Shown here: positions 40,044 through 52,600 of the stretch, in pieces
Layout of the letters: every line of letters begins with the position of its first letter
How positions within the stretch are numbered: the first letter of the stretch is position 1
Source: Eukaryota sp. GEM-RC1
Lineage: Eukaryota
DNA length: 64,000 nt
Direction of reading: 5' to 3'
Assembly (NCBI GenBank): GCA_040285855.1
Contig: JAUFOQ010000001.1
Location: forward strand, 62,001-126,000
Made by a program: the position numbers and the translations under genes
Notes under the pieces: model-generated
What the model was told of the DNA's origin: nothing
The model's database searches: none
What the model saw: the letters and a program-made list of their open reading frames with translations, nothing else

Positions 40044-43000
40044 CTACTGTTTACAACTATCAATTTTGTCATCCCAAAAATGTTCAAATTCTTCAAAACT
40101 CATTCGCTGCCAATCCTTAAAGAAATAACAAGAACTTGGATCATTCATCATTCCACATAACATAACAGTATTTCCATTGTCCAAACAAACGTATTTCCCT
40201 TTGCTATCATGGAAGAAAACACAAGTCCCGTCATCGTAGGTCCGTGTGCTAAGTCTAATATCATTGTGGACATCTACTATGAGGTCTTGTAAATCAAACT
40301 CAGTAGAATGCGGTTGTGAATCCTTCCAGCTGCAATCAGCGAAATCATACCAACGATCTTCATCATTTTGACTTTCATATAGCCAAGTATTTGAACTGTT
40401 CCAATACAATCTATGATTCAAAAGATCAGCAACTATGGTAACAGAGTTGGAGTTCTGATTAGAGTCAAAAGACATTGATACAAACCGAAGTTGAGGATGG
40501 ACTTCTACAGAAGTCTTACAAGACCCAGGAAGATGGAAGTAATGAGTTGATGAAGAATGGGACTGGAATCCTTGCAGAATAAGTTCTCGAAATCCTTGAA
40601 TCTGACTACTATTAGTGATGCACCATTCAAGTTCAGATTCAAAAAGGTACCTCTTACAAAGAGAATCGTCCTTGACTCTCGTTATCATTGTTTTGTTGAA
40701 GTTCCACTGTGAGAGTTGGTTTTCTTGAGAGGTCCATTCTGTCCACCATTGACATGGAGATCCAAACGAATCGTGAGAATCTAGACCAAAACAAACAAGT
40801 TGAGTGCATTTGTTATCGTTTTCGTGAAAAACGTATGTGTTGTTTCCTTTGATATAGACCTGGTTCTGTGAATCATAGCTCCCACTTAACATTTGTTCTT
40901 CTAGATTGAAATACAAATGACTCAAATCGGGCCAATCTATGGAGAAATGATTCGGAATTGTCCAATCAGCAATGACACAAAGGGAAGGAACATCAAACAG
41001 AGAAGTTCCTGAGATACGACGAGGTGAATCGTAGTCTGTACATACAAATTCATCATCAGTGGTAAAACAATGACGATGTATAAAACCTTCACCATAGTAG
41101 ACTTCATGAACAGTAATGTTAGTTTCTACCGTGAACTTTTTACAGTGGTAATCGTTTATCACCACAATTTTATCTTCATCAACATGATCAACACCAATCT
41201 TATGAGCGTACAGAAATTCAGAGAAAACATATCGATCGTCCGATGCAAAAGTGCATTCATCGCCATCATAATAGTACAGGTTGTTAGAAGTTAACAAGAT
41301 TTGGAAATCATCGTCCTCAATTGAAACTGTACCATTTTTTAAATTGAATGTAATAATTTGTGACAGGCTTGAAACATCTACTCTGAAGACGTCCTCTTGA
41401 AATTCACTGCAGAAATAGTCATAATGCCACATTTCAGATTGAGAATCTAATTCAATATGGTCAATAAAATGAAGACAAGTTTCAGGATTCTGTTCATCAC
41501 TACATACCATTACCGTAAAACCATCATCTAAACAAACGAAAGTTCCCTCGTTATTTTGAAACACCTGGCATGTTTTCCCTTCGTCATAAAACTTTTCACC
41601 AAAATAAAGATCGGTAAAAACTGAAGTCGTTAGTTGTTGAGTAGTAATAGAAAGAGAGGAAACACGGTCAATCATCTCACGTTGACAAATAGGACTAATT
41701 GAAAAGAGTTGGTCATTGTTTAAGAAATATCCTTTGGCACGAGGTAAATCTCCAATGGAAAAAATCGAAGAATCAGCACTTTCAGTAATAGTAATGTCAC
41801 TGTTCAAGTTCATTGAAATACGATACTCATGTTCTGATGTCCTCAAATTCATCGAAAAGAACGGTTTCTGTGGGTATATGGTTGGAGCACTTTGGCAAAC
41901 ATCTGGAAGGTTTAGTTGAGGATGAAAATCATTGTATACTTGGTAATTCTGAATAGCATCACCCTCAACACGTCTACGAACACCGTCATCATCAATACAC
42001 CAATCTATCCAGCCATCGCCTCTTTTGCCCATGGTGTAGGTGGTGCAATGGTGTTCAAACTCTGTGTTGATTCGGCGCTCCACATAACTAACCCACTTCT
42101 CATCCAGCTCCCAGTAAGGGAAACCTAAACCCTCAATTACCGTTTTCAACTCACACGGTGTTCCATCCTTTTCATCCCGAGGTAGAGAATCGCAAAACAA
42201 AAGAGCACATTGATTGTTGATTTCATCATATGAATAGGTGGAACTGTTTTGGTAGAATACTTGGTGATGCGAGTCATAGATATGACTGAACAGATTACTA
42301 GTGAGATTAAAGTAGGCATGACCAAAATCAAGAAAGTCTAACGAAAATGAGTTGAATTCCGGTAAATCAGGAATTTTGCAAAGCTTTGGAACATTGAAAA
42401 CAGCTGAATTTGATGGAATTTCTCCAAAACCAGAAAATTTCGTACAATCTCGGGAGCTACCATCAATGACACACATTCTTCGAACAAATCCTTCTCCGTA
42501 GTATAATTCAAATTGCATATCAAGTTGCTTGTAGAATTCTTTGAGGTCATAAGTGTACAATGTAGTCTTTACTCCATCTACATCATACTTGATTCCTTCA
42601 GTGACATGATCAGATCCTATACGGAATATGGGCAGAAACAGGTTCAACGTGGACTCATGACCAATGCTACAGGACGCTGATCCTTCCATTACGAGGTACT
42701 CAATTCCAGATGTGAACAGAGCAACAGATTTCTCCTCAAAGCCGTCTTCATCTTCCCAAGATTGTGATGACCATATCTTTCCCAAGCCAAGGTCAAGTGC
42801 CGTGGATTCATTTTCATCAAATTCCATATGAAAAACACGAACTTGGATTTCAGGACATTGGTGGTCAACAGAAAAAACCTCTGTTTCTTGGATGTCTTCA
42901 TTATGATCACTGAATATCAGACAACTATCAAGATTTTCTTCTTCCTCACACATCAAAACTGTAAGACCTGCATCCAAGCAAACAAACATTCCCATTTGAT

Positions 43001-43526
43001 TTTCATACATTGAGCAGGTGCTTTGTTTTCCGTAAATACGTCTTCCTACAAGACGATCCTTTTCAACTGCTACTTTGAGTTTCAGTGCAGTAACAGGAAG
43101 TAAACCAACTTTAGCAGAATCTTCACGGTGGCAAACAGAACCCAGACTAAGAAGCTGGTCATTTTGAAGTAAATAACCTTGAGCAGGCAGCAATTTATCA
43201 GAGAAGAGCAATGGAGATTCAGTGGTTTGTATAAGAGTGCTGTCAGTGGCAGTATCGACAAATATGGTGTATCGAATATCATCATCTTTTAAGCTGACTG
43301 AGAAGAGACTTATCTGTGAAGGATGTTTGGGATCGGGTTGGGGACTGACATCATCAGGATAGATCAGGAATAGACCAATAATGCCCGCAATCACCAACAA
43401 CAATAGCAACAGTCCAACAATTGTTCTTCGCAATATTGGGTTCTTTTGACAAGTGTACTGTTGTTCATCAACCATAACAACAAGTTCTTCTTTTAAGTCG
43501 CGCATGTTACTCATGGGAAAAGTCAT
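40044..43526 (-). CDS. Type II membrane protein with seven tandem Cys-rich modules, ependymin/EPDR (LolA-fold)-like
   Basis: TM IVGLLLLLLVIAGIIGLFLIY; ~160-aa modules each ending in an F-x-x-P-x-x-C-like motif; clear internal duplication (LPAQGYLLQNDQLLSLGSVCHRE versus LPRAKGYFLNNDQLFSISPICQRE). Confidence 0.75.
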   Translation of the reverse strand: MTFPMSNMRDLKEELVVMVDEQQYTCQKNPILRRTIVGLLLLLLVIAGIIGLFLIYPDDVSPQPDPKHPSQISLFSVSLKDDDIRYTIFVDTATDSTLIQTTESPLLFSDKLLPAQGYLLQNDQLLSLGSVCHREDSAKVGLLPVTALKLKVAVEKDRLVGRRIYGKQSTCSMYENQMGMFVCLDAGLTVLMCEEEENLDSCLIFSDHNEDIQETEVFSVDHQCPEIQVRVFHMEFDENESTALDLGLGKIWSSQSWEDEDGFEEKSVALFTSGIEYLVMEGSASCSIGHESTLNLFLPIFRIGSDHVTEGIKYDVDGVKTTLYTYDLKEFYKQLDMQFELYYGEGFVRRMCVIDGSSRDCTKFSGFGEIPSNSAVFNVPKLCKIPDLPEFNSFSLDFLDFGHAYFNLTSNLFSHIYDSHHQVFYQNSSTYSYDEINNQCALLFCDSLPRDEKDGTPCELKTVIEGLGFPYWELDEKWVSYVERRINTEFEHHCTTYTMGKRGDGWIDWCIDDDGVRRRVEGDAIQNYQVYNDFHPQLNLPDVCQSAPTIYPQKPFFSMNLRTSEHEYRISMNLNSDITITESADSSIFSIGDLPRAKGYFLNNDQLFSISPICQREMIDRVSSLSITTQQLTTSVFTDLYFGEKFYDEGKTCQVFQNNEGTFVCLDDGFTVMVCSDEQNPETCLHFIDHIELDSQSEMWHYDYFCSEFQEDVFRVDVSSLSQIITFNLKNGTVSIEDDDFQILLTSNNLYYYDGDECTFASDDRYVFSEFLYAHKIGVDHVDEDKIVVINDYHCKKFTVETNITVHEVYYGEGFIHRHCFTTDDEFVCTDYDSPRRISGTSLFDVPSLCVIADWTIPNHFSIDWPDLSHLYFNLEEQMLSGSYDSQNQVYIKGNNTYVFHENDNKCTQLVCFGLDSHDSFGSPCQWWTEWTSQENQLSQWNFNKTMITRVKDDSLCKRYLFESELEWCITNSSQIQGFRELILQGFQSHSSSTHYFHLPGSCKTSVEVHPQLRFVSMSFDSNQNSNSVTIVADLLNHRLYWNSSNTWLYESQNDEDRWYDFADCSWKDSQPHSTEFDLQDLIVDVHNDIRLSTRTYDDGTCVFFHDSKGKYVCLDNGNTVMLCGMMNDPSSCYFFKDWQRMSFEEFEHFWDDKIDSCKQ

Positions 43527-44175
43527 CGTCAATGAAATTAATTTGAACCCCAATATGAACTGAATTCACAAATTGCGTTCCACTCGATTCCGTTTTCGAG
43601 TTGAGTCAAATAGCCTAAAGATACAATAAGTCGAGTTGCTACGACTCAAGTCAAAACCAACTCATAGAGTTGTCAGATCAGAATATTGATTCAACCAAAC
43701 ATCAATTCAGTGACTTCCAAAACCTTTATTAGACATGAACTATGTGTAGGGTTGGTGGATTTGATCAATATGTAAACTGATTATTTATCTCCTGAAATGA
43801 ATCCTTCATTACTTGTCTCCACTCCTACGGTCTTTTAACAGTGAAGCTAGGGTATCCGACGGTGAGAATAGTAGTGAAGAATGATGACTCAATTTATGAT
43901 GAAAGAGAAATTCTGGAGCTGCTGATGATGATTGGGAGATCCACTCTATGTTGTTCTCAATTTACTTCAGAACAGAATTGATAAGTCCGTTTTATTATTT
44001 CCATCAGTTAATATAGGAATGCACACATATCATTCACACCGAATTCAAACAAGGGAGAAGCAAACACGATAGTTGCTTGTGTGTCGTCTTCACATCGAGA
44101 AGTGTTAACTTGAATGTATATACGCTATTTTTTGACAATCCGACACTTTTTCGATTACGGTAAACACACATAGCT

Positions 44176-44948
44176 TTTAAACATCGTTATCAAAGAGGCA
44201 CTGTTTATCCGTATTCTGATGTCCAAAAATCCACAGAAATTGAGGATGTTGCAAGAGGAACGATAGCTTTGATTTGGACACTTGAAGATCACAGTAATAT
44301 GGTAAAGCAGTAAGAAACGCAGCATTAAAATGTAACATCAGAACCAATACAATTCGGAAAGAGTGTTTAAGAAAGAAAACGAACATGATGGATAAAGATA
44401 GATAGAGCTTGGACTTCTGATGTCCTAAAGTGTACCTACTGAGCAGACTAAGAATTCGAAGCAATGCTTGGAAGACATTGCTATCAAAGAAGAAATCCAT
44501 ACTAGAGGATTAAGAGGTTGAAAGAGGATATGTAATAGCGTTGGAGGAGCTACCGCCACCAACTTCAGCGTTGGAGGCTTGTCTTCACAGAAGAGCCACT
44601 AGCAGCATATACCTTGGAAACACCTTCAGGGTTGAACTCAGAGTTTTGTAAGGATTGGTTCTTCAAATCAGTTGACTTACCTGTGCTTTTTCCTCCACTT
44701 TGTCTCGTAATGATGATCTAAATCACCATATGATTCCGACTTGTCGATCCTTATACTTTCTACATCAATTTCTATTCAAATCTGGCTTAACCGCCTCTTA
44801 ACTATTGCTCTCTGTTGTGCAATTCTACATCGCTGCTAAGTGCTCTCAAGCCTCTCACCGATGCTATTTGTGGTTCCATCTTTGGCGTAAGAACATTGTT
44901 GATTTCTTTTCTTGAATGTGGGTCGTTTTGTTCTTCTCTAAGAATTAC
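44176..44948. repeat. ~770-bp direct repeat, copy 1
   Basis: Near-identical to 48393-49161; shadow ORFs MDFFFD... occur in both copies. Confidence 0.9.
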
Positions 44949-46326
44949 GATGCTGTTTAGCTTGATGTCCAAACAATGCTAGGGTTGGTATACCATAATG
45001 GGATCTGGAGGACATTTTGACTTCTCTCTGGAAGTAACTACGTACAAGGTGGTGTATCACTTGTTGGATCAATCAATGTAGCAGTCTAGTATTTGTGAGA
45101 TATCAAAATTGGAGAACCTGACAAATTCAGTGAAGTTGTATTAGAATCGATTCTGTGTAACACAAACTGGTAATTAATGTTTTTGAAAGAACGCCATAGT
45201 TGTGAGTTCGCTTCTCTCCCTTTTCAGCCTAATTCCAGTTATCCTAAAACTCAATGTCTTCAACTCACCTTATCCCTGTTTTGGCATATTTTAATGTTGC
45301 TCCTGAACGCAGCATCTCTGGAACGATCTATCTTGTCTTCAACATAAGTGTACACACATTCGAAACCCCCGCAATCAAAACAAATATGATGGATAGTGAT
45401 GATGATCACAATCTTGGTACTGTACAAGTTTATTTCAGACTTTGAAAATCCATCAGATTGATCTACAGTCAACACTGTCTATAACGTCACCATATGTCCT
45501 TACGCTATATCGAATAAACATACTGTGCATTTCTACTGATTGAGTTGAGTCTTGATATACAAAACAAGCAAAGAGAGCTGTGCCATACGTTCATCACCAA
45601 AGTAGACACAAGAGCCATGTCCATGACAGATCAGCAGTCAAGACTAAAATGTGGTGGTGACAAAAAAACAAAGAGTACATCCACGTGTTGTAGCTCCACA
45701 CAAACCATATTTGTGAGGAAAATTGAATAACGACGTCTTTCCGTCATGATCTAAGAACGACCCGTTCTGTCTCTACCATCTTCTTTTGTTAGCAAGTGGG
45801 ATACCTAAGTCACATAGTACGCATTTTTTGTTGTATTTGTTTTTACAATATGATACACATTTCGTCTTTGTATCTTAAGGATATAGTATTGGTTTAGCAT
45901 GAAGATACAAGGGAAGAAATGTTTCAAGTTCGAGATCTGACAAAACATCGTCGATATTGAGGATTACCCCTGTCGTTTTAACTTTCCCTTCTTGATTCTA
46001 TTCACAAGAGATGTCTTTATTTAGGCCAGTGTAGGGTTTGAAGAAAGTATTCTACGTGTATGAACTTAGGTTGTTTTGCGGGGCGATGTATACCTTCAAG
46101 ATAGATGAGAAACTGCAACAGAATACTGATGGGAGAGAAAGGCCATCAAAGCAGTATCAAGTGGTTGGAGTATGTACTGTACTAATTAGGGCTGCCAATG
46201 GGAGAGAGATAAGTACTGTACCATGATTAAGAGTAACTGGACCTGATAGAGACTTGCAAGACATTCCGCATCATTGATCAATGACCTGGATTAACGCGTC
46301 ACAGAATTTGCGTTTTTTCAAGTGAA

Positions 46327-47681
46327 ATGAACAGATCGATTGATGACGTCCTTTCATTGAATCATAACGAGGAACCCTTAATGAAACGGCATTTGTGTGC
46401 TATTTTTGCCGTTCTTGTGGCCAAGAGTACACTTCAACACTCTATCTACGTGTTTTATGGCCCTCTTCTTGTTGTCAGGCTATATGAGGGATCTTCTACT
46501 GTTCTTGGGATTGTTACTGGAGTGGGAACTTTGTGTCAATTGATAGGAATTCCTTGCGCCGTACTGTCTGACAAAGTTGAGTTTCTATCTGGTTTGTTCT
46601 ATACCAGATCTTCACCATAGGACGTCGACGACCTATCATCATCTGGGGGTCGTTTTTGATGATGATTGGAGCAATCTTGTGGTTATTGATCGATTTCTTG
46701 GACGTCTCGATCTTTGTTCAACGGACACTTTTTGTTTCTGGATTTGCTAGTGCAGCTTCTGGTATTAATATTGTACAGATATTTCATGTTGCCTTGATTG
46801 TTGATGCATTCCCTCCATCATCAATTCCAAAAAGCAGATCACAATACTGGATGGTACTGGGTCAATTCATTGGTTTCGTTATTGCAACGATTGCATTTCA
46901 AGGCGATATGGATTTAATACGGTTTAACATCATGTTTCTCTGTGTTACTATATTCTCAACCATGTCCACTCTTTGTGTCTGTAAGGAGAAACCATTCAAA
47001 CGAAAGACAGGTAATTCTTTCAAGTTTTGTTCTGTTTTGGATGACTTAGAGTTTAGCGCCTCTGAAAATTGGAATTTTGTGATCTTTGGCTACATTCAAC
47101 TACTATTTTTTACAACTTTTGCGATTCATTCTTACGTTTTCTTTTTTATGAGAGATATATTCAACTCAACCTTAGAAAATCTACCAATGATTATAATCTG
47201 CCTGGCGTTTGACCCGAGAGCCAGTCTTCGAGATCTCTTGTTGTTAAATTATCATGGAAACATTCCCTACCATGTTTGTATTCTTTTACGTATAATTTCC
47301 CTGGTTGCTCTTATTTTTGGAACTGAAGGATTTGTAATTCTCGGGTTTTATATTTTCTTTTGTTCATCATATTTGTTTTTTGTTCACTTCTATGACACCG
47401 TTCCGCTTTATTTACCTCCCAAAAAACAAGCAGGAACTTATGGAGCTCTCCTTGCATTTCCTGCTGTAATTGGATTAGCTTTAGGATGTATCACTTACGG
47501 AGTCATTCTAAGCTTCTTTCCTGACGGGGAACCTGAGCCTAATATACCTCAGCAGTACACAAGAGACGGCTATAATGCTTGTTGGATAGTCTCAATTTGT
47601 ATTCTTGTTCTATCTTCTTTGATAACATGTAGATTAAAACGTCCGACTTCTGAAATCAAGGAAATGTATGAATCAGTTTAG
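46327..47681 (+). CDS. MFS transporter (sucrose transporter/SLC45/GPH-like)
   Basis: Splicing the 29-nt intron 46592-46620 restores motif A, LSDK....SGRRRPIIIWG; many hydrophobic helices. Confidence 0.8.
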
Positions 47682-48392
47682 CAATAAATGTGCACTATTC
47701 TGAGTGGAACAAAAACTGGAAAGAAGAAATGATGTCCTATTATATGTTGCAAATCCTTCGATTTAAGAGTCAATGGCTTTTAAAACTCTTAGTCAAACTT
47801 GAAGTTTCTAACACGAATAGACGATTAATAACAGGGTTCGAAAACACACACGTGATTCAAAAAATTCGTGTTTGGTCACTGCTAGTGGTCTTTTCAAGAT
47901 TTCCAATTCTCCCCTCTTTTCAAACTGACTATAGTCTCTACATCCAAATAGAGAGATATGATTTTGAATAGAACTGCTGTTTTCTGCATGAGAGTACATT
48001 CATGTATTCTATTCAATGGAAATCCACAATGGAGTGCAGAAGATGAAGAAGAAAATGGAAATAAGTGAGTTTGTCTTTGGACAATAAAATTACGTGTTTT
48101 GCTTAAAAGTGGTACATGCACATAGCATACAGTATAACCCTGTCCAATATTACCAATAGTATTGTATTGATGTGCCAAAACACCATCCAATTTTTCATAT
48201 TGTACCCCTGTCCAAAAACACCTATTTATTGTCCACAATTAGAATTCTGTATTGTTTCAGATCTCATATTGTCAATATATATTGTGGTTGGACAGTCAAT
48301 GTAATTATTTCTTTACAAACCATGCACAATATGTATTGTAACATAAATTGCAATATATTGAAATACTATATATTTTTCAGCATCCATATTCT

Positions 48393-49161
48393 AAACATCT
48401 TGCTCCAAGAGCCGCTGTTTATCCATAGTTCAATGTCCAAAAACCACAGAAATTGAGGATGTTGCAAGAGGAACGATAGCTTTGATTTGGACACTTGAAG
48501 ATCACAGTAATATGGTAAAGCAGTAAGAAACGCAGCATTAAGATGTAACATCAGAACCAATACAATTCGGAAAGAGTGCTTAAGAAAGAAAACGAACATG
48601 ATGGATAAAGATCGGTAGAGCCTGGACTTCTGATGTCCTAAAGTGTACCTACTGAGCAGACTAAGAACTCGAAGCAATCCTTGGAAGACATTTCTATCAA
48701 AGAAGAAATCCATACTAGAGGATTAAGAGGTTGAAAGAGGATATGTAATAGCGTTGGAGGAGCTACCGCCACCAACTTCAGCGTTGGAGGCTTGTCTTCA
48801 CAGAAGAGCCACTAGCAGCATATTCCTTGGAAACACCTTCAGGGTTGAACTCAGAGTTTTGTAAGGATTGGTTCTTCAAATCAGTTGACTTACCTGTGCT
48901 TTTTCCTCCACTTTGTCTCGTAATGATGATCTAAATCACCATATGATTCCGACTTGTCGATCCTTATACTTTCTACATCAATTTCTATTCAAATCTGGCT
49001 TAACCGCCTCTTAACTATTGCTCTCTGTTGTGCAATTCTACATCGCTGCTAAGTGCTCTCAAGCCTCTCACCGATGCTATTTGTGGTTCCATCTTTGGCG
49101 TAAGAACATTGTTGATTTCTTTTCTTGAATGTGGGTCGTTTTGTTCCTCTCTAAGAATTAC
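48393..49161. repeat. ~770-bp direct repeat, copy 2
   Basis: Near-identical to 44176-44948. Confidence 0.9.
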
Positions 49162-49666
49162 CTTGGAAATCACTTTAGGGTTGTAGACCAGGCATGTCAA
49201 TTGATAAAAAGCGTTTTAAACGTTGTTCTGGATAACGCACAATGTTCTACTCCACTTTTGTCGTAATTTGACAGTTTTTATCTCATATATACATCGTCAA
49301 ACAAGCTGAAACAAGGCGAAAGCAATTGTTGGTGACAATGTTGTATACTGGTTGGTTCTGTATCTGAGCGAATGACCTTCACGTACATCCGAACATTGGT
49401 CTTATTGCACAGACCATGTTATCTTCACACATTGTTTACCTGATCACAATTAGATGAACAGTGTATCTCATTTACATTGTGTTCTCCTTAGAATCTCAAA
49501 AGAACATAGCTGCAATGATCGAACTCTGAAAGACCTGGTTGATGAAAATGAAGTGAGAAAAAAGTGAAAAGTTGAAGTGCTCCCTTTAATCGTTTGTTAT
49601 TAAAATCAAAAACAACTATAAATCGAAAATTAAAACCGTTATTATTTTATTTTTGCACTCCGTATC

Positions 49667-52600
49667 TTACAAATCAGCAGATGTAGTCAGATGTCCGTCT
49701 TTTCAATGTTCAACTATCTTCGATATCCGTTCCAATTAGATATCCTAAGAGATTCTAATTCTTTAAAGGAGAATTGTGCAGTATCTCTTCACCAAGTTTT
49801 TGGCTTTACTATAAATGGTACCTATTGTGTACCATATTAGCGAACCATTTCTTCTACTACTGAAGTAGTGTTTCCAATATAATTTTAGCTGCTAACTGTT
49901 AGAGAATTTCCGAATCAAAATAATAACAAAGATACAAATTTATACTTGAAAACGAGAGAACGACTTACTTGCACATTCTCCACACTTTCTGCCATTGTTC
50001 TGGATACTGAAGTTTGGAGAGGAAATCGTGGAGATAAGGGACCTTAAGGTTAGGGTCTTCTGATGTGGGCATCCTTTTCTTTGGAACGTATTCAAACAAA
50101 TTGTGAAATAATGCGAATATTCTGAAAAATGATAGAAGAAGTCGATAAAATGGAAATAGAAAAACAACTATAAGTGGTACTTGTAAATCCTTTCTTCTTC
50201 TTAATTTGACATAATTAAAGATGAAAAGATGATATACTGGATCAATAAAACACGAATATAGATCAATCCAAGTAGATATCCATCTTTCATAATGATGAAA
50301 TAGGAAATAATCAACAAGTGAAAATAGTCTCTTATGATAGTCACAAGTTCATACATGTAAAATGGTTTAAGAATCAACGCGTTAATACTCCAGAATCGAA
50401 GCAAATGTTCCAAATATTTAAAAAAGAACCGATGAGCACACGCATCCCATGACTTAACACGTTGATTAAACAACGACTTATCACCTAAGGATTCATCCCC
50501 AAATAGGTCCTGCGAAACATGAATCAGATCAGCAGGGACTTGTGTGAGAGCAGGAGTAGCAGCAAACGTAATCAGCTTCATCTCAGGCATGAGTTCTCTC
50601 GTGAGAAAGCCCATGAGAGCATCTTCTCCATGAAAAGCGGTACTATGATGAGAAATCAAGCAAAACAAACTTGTGATGATCGAGAATTTCAATTAAAACG
50701 TTCTTTTCCAAATACTAATGGCACCATGTGGATAAGAAGCAGTACCGAGGTTACTTTGACATTGTTTCATCATTCCGGAAAGCATATACTCCTGGAGTTA
50801 TCTTGAAAAAAAGTTAATTACATACCATATCTTGAAACCAAACAAGTAAACTGCGGCGTCTAAAGCTAGAGATTTTCGGACGGTTTATATCAGCTCTAAT
50901 AGTAATAACAGCTCCAGCAACATTGTCTTTCTTCAACTTGTCAGTTTGCCAGCTCATATCACGGGGAATGACCACGTCATCATCCATAATCACAACATAC
51001 TCTATTTCTGATCGTCGATTAAGAATATTTTTAGCAACCTATTGTAAGAAGAAGTAAAGAAACATACATAGTACAGACAAAATGTTTTGTTACCAGCCGG
51101 AACATAAACCTACAGTAAGTTAGAACAACAACCATACATAATTAACATTCCGACCCCACAGTTTGGTTTTTATAAATGATATCAACGGTTGTATCCGTGT
51201 TATGTGGTGCTTCCTCAGCAGTGTTATGACACACATACACATTACCATTAGCTATTGTGAGCAACATATTGTAGTACATACCTACTGAATCCGAAGCTAA
51301 TCGCAAAGTGCGGATGAATTGGGTTTGAACATCTTTTGAAGATCCTCGATTTGTTTATCACTTTTCTTGAAGAAATTGGACTTAATCTTATCTCTGGCCA
51401 GTTCAGGACTAAAACCTCCTGACATGTGACAAGCAATTAGAATGGCGACATTGGGAGCTTTAATATTGTAGTCCTTAACATTCCGGTGGACAGGCCATGA
51501 GACAGTAAAGAAAGCAAGAACAATAAGAAAATGCTCAAGCCCTAAGATGAACAAAGTGATATAAACTGATGAAACTTGGTGGAAGAACTTGGTAGCAAGA
51601 ATATAGTCTCTGTAAAATACGAGAAGCAAAATCAACAAGACAATGGACAAAAACATCCAGAAACATACACCCATGGAATCACGTTTCACGGAACCAAAAC
51701 CACGAATATTTCGAAATTCTTGAAGAAGCTCAAGCCATTTATCATCAACAGGAACATCAGTGTTTTCAGGTCTTTCAGGATCATCTGGAACATAATCAGG
51801 ACGGACATGGGTGTCTTCCAGAACATGAAACATCTCCTCGTCGGCATTGACAGAAACTTGCAAATTAGATTTGTACATTTCAGAGAGAACAGCAGTAATA
51901 ACAAGACAAAGAAAACCAGAAACAAGAGCAACATCAATCAGATCTAGTGCTTCAGAGTGTTCGTCCAAAGCAAAGTATCTGAAGGAAAGATTCACCATGG
52001 AGCTCTTTTGGAAGGAAATACCGACAGAAAATCCAGTAAATGAAACATTTGAAATATCACATATGTAGGAAATGGAAGAATTTGTAGCATCAAATCCATC
52101 AAGATATACATAAACAGTAGGAAATCGAATAAATTCGTCAGTGAAAAGAATGTTTTTGATCACGTAATCAGTTGGTGAGTCATCATTAAGTTCAGAGCCA
52201 TTAACAAAGAAGGTACCAACATCAATAGTATTATAAAAGACATTAGTTACATTTAAAACCAATGAATTATGTCGGAACTCGGAAGCACGGCCTGAAGTTT
52301 CAACTGAAGAAAAGATGTGTAAAAAGTCAGTACCATCATCCAAAACCACTTCTTGATGATATGAAAGCGTATCCAATTCATCAAAGAAAAACCCTTGTGG
52401 AGCAGAGAGTAGAAGCAAAGAGCCATCAGCAGGATAAGGAAAAGGAGTTTGGCTGAGCCATTGAAGTTCGTGTTCAACAAAAGAGTATTGAGAACTTAGA
52501 TAGGCCTTGGAGTCGTCAGAACAAGAAGCTCCGACTGCTATCCAAGTGATTGACAGTCGATTTAAAAAGGATTCTCGTGGATAAGCACCAGGAATCCTTG

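Noticed and set aside
44177..44500. Hydrophobic ORF MDFFFD... (also at 48366-48713) as a gene
   Set aside because: Lies within the direct repeat, 3' ends differ between copies, and there is no recognisable motif
44176..49161. LTR retrotransposon
   Set aside because: No gag/pol between the repeats, and no clear TG...CA ends or TSD
14889..51345. Programmed ribosomal frameshifting at the many 1-nt slips
   Set aside because: Slips fall in varied short homopolymers with no shared slippery motif, and paralogs or sister repeats have the intact frame; sequencing error or mutation is simpler
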